A stretch of 59,175 nt of DNA, counting the filler, from Piptocephalis cylindrospora (lineage: Eukaryota), in the NCBI GenBank assembly GCA_003614145.1. It is 6 parts of 6 records of this genome, joined end to end, with 100 filler letters (N's around TTAATTAATTAA, not from the genome) between each part and the next. Parts side by side here need not be neighbours in the genome. Positions count along the whole stretch, not along the records: positions 39,597 to 49,362 come from KZ988070.1; positions 49,463 to 59,175 come from KZ988071.1; 4 more parts are not named here. The stretch is one strand, 5' to 3'. Below are positions 49,313 to 59,175 of the stretch, one piece after another. A model generated the notes under the pieces. That model saw only the letters and a program-made list of their open reading frames with translations, was not told where the DNA came from and searched no databases. Within the stretch, counting starts at the first letter, position 1. Every line of letters begins with the position of its first letter. The translations under genes were made by a program, and so were the position numbers.

Positions 49313-49362
49313 TGTTGGGTAGCGCCTACTATGCACAAAGGAGTGCTTATCATGACCCCGTC
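49313..49362 (+). mobile_element. Probable LTR start (TGTTGGGTAGCGCC...), cut by the contig end
   Basis: Identical, in reverse complement, to 29821-29870. Confidence 0.6.
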
Positions 49363-49462
49363 NNNNNNNNNNNNNNNNNNNNNNNNNNNNNNNNNNNNNN
49401 NNNNNNTTAATTAATTAANNNNNNNNNNNNNNNNNNNNNNNNNNNNNNNNNNNNNNNNNNNN
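49363..49462. other. Artificial contig-joining spacer
   Basis: N44-TTAATTAATTAA-N44. Confidence 0.97.
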
Positions 49463-50532
49463 CTTTACGACGATGATATTCTAGCGATCTAGAAGTCATT
49501 GTCCCAACCGTGTGAGGAGGATGCCTGTGGGAAGCCCCAGACAAAGGGCAAGGGCCGAAGTGAGGAAGGACTCATGAACGAAAAAAAAAACAAAGGATCC
49601 GACTGCACAAGAATACCCTAGCATAGTCCTAAATATAGGGAATCATCTGGCTGGACGTTTCCTTATAAAGGGCTGACCTTTACACAGTCAATCCCCGTGC
49701 ACTTGATAATGAAGTCACTCACTCGTTTACCTCTCCTGGATAATCAGGCCCCTAATAGTCACGTCACTGTCATTCTTGTAGGGACATGGCGGACTTTCAA
49801 TTGCCCAAAGGTATTTCAAACGTCGCTCTCATGTAAATCATACCCTGCTAGGACTCCCATATAGACACATTAACTAGGATCCAAATACCCTCGTGATTAC
49901 TCGTGGTAGCATCAAATTCGCCGATCCAGTTGGGTAAGGGTCTATCTAGGAGCTTACTCATGCCAAGCGGGAGTAAGGACTAGTTGAACATGAGGAATAC
50001 ATCCTTTTAGATATTTCCCTCCTCCCGTTGTTTCTGTGATACAGGGTGTATGGAAGACACCTCAAGATAGTCTTGGGTTTTACGATATCTTAAGGAGTAG
50101 AACTATCCCTCGGAAAAGAGATAGCGACGATCATTTATCGCCCTATCAACGGTAGTGCGTAAGTCTGATGTTGAGTTATCAGGCACCGGGAATTAAAAGG
50201 CCTTATCCGGAGAGGGGTCTGCCTCCTTGTGATATATATACAAGGAGAGAAGATTAGGAAAATTAACTAGATTTCCGCATACCCTCTACATCCGCCCTGG
50301 AAAGGTTAATTGCTTCCTACAGAACCAGTGTCTTTGTCCAACGACGACTTGGTCGCGATGTGCAAGGAGCCAGGTTTGAATGGTCGTGTATCTCCGATAC
50401 CCTAGCTCCATCCCCTTTTACCTGATTTTGTGTTGTTGCTGCCCTTGAAAGGTCACGTTAGGGGCTGTCAGTAGTCCCAGGGATGCAGTGGTCATCCCTC
50501 TTCATCCTCACCACAGCACTCATCCCATTGCT

Positions 50533-53500
50533 ATGAGCCAACACAGTCCTTGGTCCTTGGTCGAGGACGAAAAATTACCCAGCTCTGTAGATTGGGTTAG
50601 CTGGGCCCCAGAGGGACACATCCTGCTCGTGGCCTGCAGGGGCGCCAAGATGCTCAGGGCCTTTCGGCCAGGCTGGCAGGAGATCTGGAGCTGTCCAGTC
50701 AACTTACAGCTCGGAGTAATCCTTGCAGTTGCATGGAGGGAGGATGCCCTTGTCCTGGCAGTGGCGTACAGTCGAGGTCCCATACGCTTTATCGATGTGA
50801 ACGACGGACTGGACATCCAAGAGCCCATCGAGCCCCTTTCCTTTCCCTCAAGCGACCCTGTCCGTCAGCTTCTCTGGGCCTCTTGGTCCCCTAAAGACGA
50901 TTACGAAGGGATGAACGATGGCATCGTGGAGGTAAGTGCTTTGCTTTAAGGCTGCAATTTTATTGAGGCCACCCGTCTGTCCAGGCATCCCCTCTCACTC
51001 TTCTCACCTGAATGGCATGGCACAATGATGGGGGGAGTTGTCGAGGTAGATCCCTATGAGCGCCCCTCGTATATCCAAACTCTCTATGCCTCCCATGTTG
51101 GAGAGAAAACTGACGTAAGATGCATCACCAAGTAATGGGAAGGTGTATAATTGCTTCCTTGTCATCTAACCATCCCTTTATTTGATGAACCATTCCTCAC
51201 TGGGGAATTATCCAGCAAGATGGAGCGAGTTCGTGCGAGGATGATGCCTTCATTGACCCCAAACATCCGAACGGCGGGTCAGGGCTCAAAGTATCCCAAT
51301 CCTGCCTATCTCCTCCCAGCCATGACCGCTCCTTCTCCGGACCCGCTCATTTCTCACATCTACTCGGGAAGACCTGGGAAACGGAACATCCCATTGAGCC
51401 CAGTGGCTCTCCATGTGCTCCTGGTTTTTACCTCCACCAAGGTGTACCCCTGTTTATACGGATTTAAGCGGTTATCAGCCATCCCCCTGGCCAAGGGACC
51501 TAAGGAGGTGGAGCAGGATGGGCTTTTCCCTCCATATCCTATCCCGCCCCTCCCTATCCCTCACGGATTTCCTCATTCCATAGTGGCTCTGTCAGCGGGA
51601 GGTCTGTACAGCTCGCGCTTCCCTGCATTCCATACTCAGGCTAGGGACATTCAGAATTTGGTCCAGAGGCATCACCTCCTTACTCGATACTCCACACACC
51701 TCTCCGACTTGATGAAAGGCTGTGTTGACCGATGGAAGGCAGGATTAAAACTAATGAGGGGCCAAAATGAAGTATTTCAGCAGATGATTGACGATCAGGG
51801 AGGTAAGATGGATGGTGGGGAGGGGATGATGTGCTACACCTCCTTTCTCATGCTCATCATGGCCACTCATTACAACCACCCATCAGCGGCCTCAACACCA
51901 AAAGCAGAGTGGCTCAGGGCCATTGGCCAAGGAGAGCTGAGCCCAGCCCTAGAGGCGTACTTACACCGTGCTCCCTCCTCCTCGATCCCGGGAAAATCAG
52001 GTCTGGATGAGTGGTCAGATGTGGCCTTGGATGCCTGCGATGTCATTGGTCGCATGCTGCAAAATTCCTTGCTTCCATCCATTGAGCGTATGTTTGCCGT
52101 TATGGTGGATCTTCTTGGATACTCTCGATCCAAGGAGCATTTTGGCTCTCTCACCCCCGATGAGACTAAGATACAGTACATTATGGTACTATTGACGGTA
52201 ATTGGGAAACGGGGCGGTCTATTGATCCATCTTCTTCAGAATCACCGAGAAGACATGCATCACTTTTTCGGCTTTCTCGGGTACCTTCAGGGCCTGAGCG
52301 CCCGTTTGCCCAAAGATGAGCTCGTATCCTTTCCTGATGCCACGGGCATCTTAGGGATCCTGCGCTTCCTCAAACCAGGTCTAGAGAATGATTATCTCCT
52401 GGGGCTTTTGCATCCCAAGGACGGTGCTGAGGGATTGATGGAGCAGATGAGAAATCAAATGGGACTTGGTCTTAAGGATGAGGCGGAGTCTTGGAGGGCA
52501 ATGGAGCCTATCCTGGAGGAACTGAGGGGGATGGCTGAGGATCAGGTTCCTGACCTAGCCTCCTTAGCTGAGGAATTGGCCACACAGGTTCAAGAGGTCT
52601 TCTCGGAGACATGGAAAGGCTGCTCTAATGGTATTGAATGGGGAAGGCTGAGAAGGGAAGGAATGGAGCAAGATCCATGGATTTCAATCCCGCCCGAGTG
52701 GATGGGTCTTGAGCGATGCTTTGTCGGTAGTACAACCTATAAGGATGGTCGCACACAGTATACGGCCATGAAAGTGGATATCCCCTCGGATGACAAGATC
52801 GCGCCCGCTTTGTGCATCCTACGACTGGACCCCCTCTCGGGTCTGGCCGATGCATGGACACTCTCCCTGGAGGGTATCTGCCTAAAATCCTTAGTATTTC
52901 TCCAGTGCAAAGAGTACCTCGTAGGGGTGGTGACCCGGGGTCATGGTATGAATTGAGGGATGCGAACTCAGAAGTAGCGGGGGCTCAGACTGACCATCAT
53001 CTTTCCAATCTACGCTTAGGAACCGGATCCTATGTACTGGTCACGTGGTCCCTGCGAGACGCTCGATCCAAATATTATTCTATTGCAAGGGAGGATGATC
53101 GGCTTTCCCTGGAAAGTTACCTTGCTTCATTGGTAAGTCCATACGTGCGAGACAGACGTGTTTCATGCTGGAGATTGTTGCACGTTGTACCCTTCCTCAT
53201 GACCATGAGCTAATTATCACATTCACGGGGGATGGAATGATTCAGAACCCAGACCAGCTCCCCCATGCCATGTACTTGGCCTGGAATACTCGATTACTCG
53301 ATGGGGTTTTGACCATGGCTGAGACCATGGGGGAGGATGAAGAGTCGTCCACATCAAATAAGGGCAAGATGCTGCTTGCTTCTGGAAAGCTTTTAATTGA
53401 TACAGATGGTCAACTCCAGAAGCTTTCTTCCCATAGAGGGAACAAGAGATTTCGGATCACCATGAACGCTGAAGAGGAGGGTACCGATACAGATGGAGAG

Positions 53501-53656
53501 GATGTCATCTCCCTCATCTATGACGATTACCGTCGATGTGCCATCCTACGGTATGAGTCAATAGGGGAGATGGAAGGTCGCGTGGATGAGACCTCCCTCT
53601 CGGCCCTGACCGACTCTCCGCGCAAGGCCCGCAGGTGGACCAGTATGGAGGCTTAA
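50533..53656 (+). CDS. APC4: Anaphase-promoting complex subunit 4 (Apc4/Cut20), multi-exon
   Basis: N-terminal WD40-like VSWAPEGHILLVA...WQEIWS...AVAWREDALVLAVAY. Central Apc4-like helical region (GQGELSPALEAYL, GLDEW, SLLPSIERM...DLLGYSR). Confidence 0.8.
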
Positions 53657-53730
53657 ATGGGTAGAAGAAGGGAAAATACGAGGGCTGTCGTTACTTGAAG
53701 GAATGTATTTCATTACCTATCTCCATTTAA

Positions 53731-54297
53731 TGGATATACCTTTTTTAATGATGATAAAACCGTTCTATTCTCCCCAAGTGAGGCAGGCAATAGGAATGTC
53801 CGAACACAGTACCCACCCAAGGGTCAGCATGCGTGGTACCAGGGACTAGGTCCCCGACGTGCACCCTATACAAAAATCTTCACGGATGCTACAGACACCT
53901 AAGGCTCACCTTCACCTGAAGGAACGTTCGCCACCATTGCGGTCGCGTGGGATGGTTCGGGGAGCTAGGGATACAAGGGGGCATACCATCGTCCCCCGGC
54001 AATGGCATATTCCCTCGCGTCCCCAGATTTCCATCGTCCTCACGGCCCTCTCTGGAGGCGTCGATCCCCCCGGGTTCCGGCTGCTCCCCCCTCTGTCTCT
54101 TCCTCCACCTCGTCCTGATCCCCTTCCTACGCTCCTTCGCCACCTGCGCCTTGCATCTTCTTCTCCATACTCGCTCATACACCGATACCATCATCCCTGC
54201 ATACATCTCCCTTACCACCGTGCCCGCTGCCCTCATCAACTTCCTCCCTCCCATTCCCACTCTTCCATCCCCTTCCAGCATTGGATATAACTTTTTT
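53731..54297 (-). mobile_element. 5'-truncated non-LTR (LINE-like) retrotransposon fragment with a 16-bp target-site duplication
   Basis: TSD TGGATATA(C/A)CTTTTTT at 53731-53746 and 54282-54297. The insert encodes VYERVWRRRCKAQVAKERRKGI, resembling LINE ORF2 C-termini, and ends at an A-run on the minus strand. Confidence 0.7.
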
Positions 54298-54463
54298 GAT
54301 GTGAGGCAAAGGGACCATGATTATTTTATCAACGGTAAGGATGATTGCAATGACCTTGTATAATCCTTCCACAGAGATAAACTGGAATGGGTTACCAACA
54401 GAGATGATTCATTCGTTCACTAGTTTAATCAACTCACATATCATCTTTCTACCAGCATCATAT

Positions 54464-55569
54464 CTACTTTTTCCTCTTGTATATCTTTTCCATGTATCCT
54501 AAGGTTACACGATGAGGAAGAAGGGAGGAATCTGAGGCCAAGACCATCTCCTTCATCCTCTCGTAAGAACTTTCCTCATATTCGTGAAAGAGACCAGGAA
54601 GATCCAGTTCCCGATAGATGGACTTTACGGCCTTAATGCATGCTGCATCATTCTTTCCGTAGTTTTCCTTGAGGATCAAGCGTTGCTGGGGGCTAGCTAT
54701 CCCCAGTGCCTTGATGATGAGCCATGAAGCCTTATTATCTTGGATATCCGTACCAATCTTGCCAGAGATTGCAGGGTCAGCAAAGCAATCCAGATAATCA
54801 TCCTGAGCCTGGAAAAACTCGCCCAGGGGCAGGAGAAGCTGACGTGCTTGGTCGTAGGCCTCCTTTCTCACCTCACCATTCAGTGCCATAGCCAGACAAA
54901 TGGGGCCAAAAAAGGTGTTGTATCCCGATTTGTGCTCAGCAATCGTCTTGTAGTCCTCCATGGTGATCCGATCCATGTCCGCATCGGCCTTCTTGGCAAA
55001 GAGGGCGTCTGTGAGCTGACCCACCTCGGTGAACCAGGTGATTTCATGACAAAGTTCGAATATAGGGACGTATGCGGATGTTCCCTTAAAATGGCGCCTT
55101 ATCATGCGGTATGCTGTACATTCGAGGAACAGGAGGTCGTTGATGGCAATCATCCCGACCTCGGGTTGACGGTGCCTGCAAACATCGCCACGGCGGGTCA
55201 AAGACTCATCCATAATGTCGTCAGCGATCAATGAGCTGGTTTGGAGCTAATAAGAAGGAGGCAAAAAAGCATGGTAAGTTTAGAATGTCTTTTCTAAAGG
55301 ATATAAAAACAACTGACAAACTCAAGGACCCAGCCAGCAATTGAAGCCTTTCTGATTTCTTCTGAGGTCAATTCCCTGCCGAGGATGATAGCAAGAGTAT
55401 CAATAACGGTGCGGCCTCGAAGTAATTTTCCTTTGGTGACGCTACTTGACATGAGATCTTTAATCCATTCACGGGTTTCTTTGGGAAATATGCTGGAGGG
55501 TAGATCCTCCATGATTTCGACTTCAATCTGCTGGTAAACTGAGATAAATTCATCATAACTAATGGTCAT
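54464..55569 (-). CDS. FPP-synthase-family trans-prenyltransferase, paralog A (344 aa; intron 55247-55317)
   Basis: GKLLRG, FARM LQTSSLIADDIMD..TRRG, AIND, TEVGQLTD, SARM FFQAQDDYLD, GKIGTDIQDNK, C-terminal KRKK. Confidence 0.93.
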
Positions 55570-56795
55570 GGTAGCGTGGAAATGTAAGAGAAAGGTGATT
55601 TAGTGGCGCTAAACGAAGGGGAATGGGAGGCAAGAAAAGGCAAGAGCAGGATGGGTAGATGGGACAAGGGAAGGTGAGAGGCACTCTATTATCAACCGGG
55701 GGCCGTATTATAACCGCTTGAAAACATGCTGGATGTGACGGGTACAGGAAAAAATTACATCCCCTGTTTGAATAGAATAGATTATCAAAAAGAATCTTGC
55801 CTATGGCCTTTATCGCTTCAGAGGAGCGGGGTGACGAGGTTGCGCCATGGCTAAACCGACGCTCAGAAGGGATATCCATCCTGAGGATAACTGGAAATGC
55901 CTTTGTTAAAGGGCATATCGATGAAGGTAGCACAATCGGGATGTAGCCAAGGTCCTAATGCAAGGTTTTTTACGGGTACGTATGAACGGGATCCATTCGA
56001 TACCACAATGACCAACTACTAAGACAGGGGATGTGAACAGAACGATGGGAAAGTCGACTTTACAACCCAATGCTCCCAAGGGCTACCTAGGTTGACGCAT
56101 ATATTGACAATGCGAGATCGCGGAAGGCAACCTATACTGGAAAGATCAGAGTGATTAGACAATGTAGATCCACCCATGACAGCAGCCCTAGTTTATGGGT
56201 TCACCCATCTAAATTATTCTTGGAATGTGATGGTTCGCATGCCAATCCTGGATTATCCAATTAAAATATGGATCCACTTGATGTATTACAGCCATTCTTT
56301 GTAGTCATTGAGGTGAGATGCCAAGGACGGCTTCATCATACAATAGAGCATGAGGGAACATACTGTTCCGATAAATGATGATCTGTACAAACTACAGGGA
56401 ATCCGAGCCATCTTCGATACGCTTTACCCCTCATCCCCGAAGCAGGTGGTCAGTGATCGTGAGCCGGGGATACCCAGGACCTTGGGATATTCCATCTTCC
56501 AAGAAATAAAGTGCCCGGGTAGGCTTCGCCCACATTATTATCGTATCGGATCAAGGCAGTGAAAATCAATGACGTGCATATACATATACAAATAAGACTC
56601 TTTCCTCATATGCCAACACATTTATCTTTTCTGACATTTTAATTTAAATGAGGAGAAAACAAATCATAGTTTGATTATTATTATCACCATGAAAGCAAGG
56701 AGGCTTTCCCCGAAAAGGGTATCAAGAAGGCAAGAGATATAATGGGCCAACGAACCTGGGCATATGATAAGCCGTATTCATCTACGGTATGCTCA

Positions 56796-57902
56796 CTACC
56801 TCTGCCTCTTGTAGATTTTGCTCATGTACATCAAGGTCACACGATGAGGAAGGAGAGAGGGGTCGGAGGCGGAGACTCGCTCCGTCATCTCCTGGTACGA
56901 CCGCTCCTCAAAGGCCTTGAAGGTAGCGGGGAGGTCCAGCTCCCGGTAGACGGACTTGACGGTCTCGATACACGCCTGATCATCCCTTCCGTAGTTTTCC
57001 TGAAGGATTGCACGTTGCTCAGGGGTAGCCGCTTCAAGCGCTTTAATGATGAGCCACGAGGCCTTGTTATCCTGGATATCGGTCCCAACCTTACCAAAGG
57101 CCTCGTAATCGGCAAAGCAATCGAGAAAATCATCCTGGATTTGGAAGAACTCCCCGAGAGGAAGGAGAAGGTCTCGTGCCTGGGCAAAGGCCTCCTCCCT
57201 CTCCTCCCCACTAAGGATCATAGCGAGGGCGATTGGGAAGTAGAAGGAATTGTAGCCCGACTTGTACTCGGTGATTATCTCATGCTTATCCATAGTGAAA
57301 CGATCCAGATCCACATTGCCCTTTTGAGCGATGAGAGCGTCGGTAAGCTGACCCACTTCAGTGATCCACGTCGTCTCTTGGAAAAGCTCCATGATAGGGA
57401 GATAATAAGAAGTTCCCTTGAGATGGCGTTTGAGGATGCGATAGCCGCAACCCTCAAGGAAAAAAGCATCGTTGATGGCAATCATGCCGATCTCAGGACG
57501 ACGGTATCTGCAGGGCGCCCCACGACGCGTGAGCGACCCATCCATAATATCATCGGCGATGAGCGATCCCGTTTGAAGCTACGTGGGATGTGGAGTATAA
57601 GTGGGACATGGGTGAAAAAGAACGTGGGGAGAGAGAGAGAGAATACTAACGAATTCAAGGGCCCAACCAACAATAGAGGCTCGCTTGGTTTCTTCAGGAG
57701 TCAGACGCCTGCCGAGGATAATGGCTACCGTGTCAACCACGGAACGACCACGAACAAGCTTGCCTTTGGTGACATTGTTGGCCATGAGCTCGCGACACCA
57801 CTCCCGGGTCTCCTGGGGTACTCGGCCGGCTGGCATATCTCCCAAGATGTCAGCCTCAATCTGCTCATATACAGTGAGGAACTCTTCACGACTAAGGGCC
57901 AT
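56796..57902 (-). CDS. FPP-synthase-family trans-prenyltransferase, paralog B (344 aa; intron 57579-57650)
   Basis: GKLVRG, FARM LQTGSLIADDIMD..TRRG, AIND, SARM FFQIQDDFLD, GKVGTDIQDNK, C-terminal KRQR. Same intron position and exon lengths as paralog A. Confidence 0.93.
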
Positions 57903-58357
57903 TTCGACTAAAAGAAGGGCAGAGGGGAACGGAGGAGGAGGAAGAGAAGGGGCAAGGAGGGGAAAAACAATGGATTGTTGAGCTATTGGGACAGCGTGGG
58001 TCTCTCTTTATAGGCTAGTCGACCACAAAGATGGTTGGCTTGATGTAAGGAGAAAAATGCCAGGCAGCCTTTGTCCTCCCTCCCTCCTTCCCCCCTCAAG
58101 TCATCCATTATACCAATCCAGCTGAGTTTATCATCCAGTTCCTCCAGCCCTCTATGATACACCGCCTTTCCCCCTTGCTCCCCATCCCAAGACCCTTATT
58201 AATAGCAGAGTCAGGTACGAAGCAACAAGAGGGAGGGGGTTTCCATGTCAGTCGGCAGACTTGTCACTCCACCAAGCAGGACCTTACTGGCGGAGTATGC
58301 ACGTGGCGTGTAGAAAGGAAACACAAAGATACAGGATGTGGGAAGGAATGAGAAGTA

Positions 58358-58867
58358 TCATTGAGAGAGTAAGGGTGTCCCGAGTAGTTTGTGTGATGGA
58401 TAGAGAATAGGGATGAGCTGGGCCGGAGTGAGTGGATTACGCAAGAAGTTGTTATCCATTCTCCAAGGAAATGCGACACAAAATGAAAGCGGGAGGCATC
58501 CGGTAACGAAAAGATCATGGAGACTGAACGCCGCTGAGATGCTATTATGATGTGTCGATGAAATCATGCATCCCAAGGGCCCAAGTGTGTATGAACTGGT
58601 CTCGTAGAAAGAGAAAATATATTTTACTGCTATCAGGACGAGGAGCAGAGAAAACCAGATGGCAGCCTGAGAAATAGAAGGGCGATGAGGAAGAAGGAGC
58701 ATGTTTAGCTCACCCTCGGAACGAGATCCTATGCTACAGCTCAGCGATTTACTTTCAGAGGATTTAAAGCGATGCATAAGATCATACGGTTGTTGTTGTT
58801 GAAACCATTTTATTTTCCCCAGTGGGGTAGGCGCTAAAGGCATCCGAACACATAAACCCGCTTCCAT
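58358..58867 (-). CDS. Hypothetical ORF with one hydrophobic segment
   Basis: 169-aa ATG ORF only. No recognisable motif. Confidence 0.2.
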   Translation of the reverse strand: MEAGLCVRMPLAPTPLGKIKWFQQQQPYDLMHRFKSSESKSLSCSIGSRSEGELNMLLLPHRPSISQAAIWFSLLLVLIAVKYIFSFYETSSYTLGPLGCMISSTHHNSISAAFSLHDLFVTGCLPLSFCVAFPWRMDNNFLRNPLTPAQLIPILYPSHKLLGTPLLSQ

Positions 58868-59175
58868 TTCTCTTCCCCTTTCTCTATTGTGCTCCTTCCA
58901 ATAGCCATTTTCTTCTTGGCCCTCATCAGTAGATAAAGCAATCCATCTTATTTATTTGATACTGGTGAGTACACAAAATCCTTTTATCCTTTTTACATAT
59001 TCACACAGCCGCATACTAAGAAACGGTCCAAATTCCCGGTGGTGGCTACATGAGAGTATTAAACATCATTAATTGTGAAATCAAGCTCATTGAGATAACT
59101 CATGCTGGCCATGCATAAGGAAATGTCCTAAAAACTGGGAATAAACCGGGAATACAAGGCAATAATCCCTGTGTC

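Noticed and set aside
9819..49462. Regularly spaced TTAATTAATTAA palindromes as a biological repeat or array
   Set aside because: Each is embedded in exactly 44 + 44 Ns and is a six-frame stop linker added during concatenation.
1..59175. CRISPR arrays, tRNA or rRNA genes, prokaryotic operons
   Set aside because: None seen. The sequence is intron-containing eukaryotic DNA with no repeat-spacer array, cloverleaf or rRNA signature that I could recognise.

Overview
Eukaryotic DNA from a compact-genome fungus, with short GT-AG introns of about 55-95 nt. An early-diverging, zygomycete-grade lineage such as Zoopagomycota is my inference, not something the sequence proves. The window is not one locus. 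It is six separate contigs of decreasing length (9818, 9817, 9785, 9776, 9766, 9713 bp) joined by artificial 100-bp spacers (N44-TTAATTAATTAA-N44). Housekeeping genes: a mitochondrial carrier, condensin CAP-G, RPL17, a PCTAIRE-motif CDK5/Pho85-like kinase, mitofusin Fzo1, fRMsr, Rac1, Slu7, a head-to-head RPL21-RPS9 pair, a partial Rad9, a Sqs1-like R3H/G-patch protein, a partial HYPK-like gene, PPIL4/Rct1 and APC4. Accessory content: orphan secreted proteins, two tandem 7-TM proteins, an inverted-repeat-bounded segment, LTR ends and a 5'-truncated LINE with a target-site duplication. Top leads: (1) two tandem FPP-synthase paralogs whose aromatic chain-length residues are both replaced by Ser/Gly, implying longer-chain or otherwise neofunctionalised prenyltransferases; (2) an RPS9 intron with a stop-generating alternative acceptor and a multi-helix RNA structure that pairs over the putative branch point; (3) a ~270-nt strand-specific structured RNA in the RPL17 5'-UTR intron. 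Three genes share a +1 C in a C-run, most likely assembly error.
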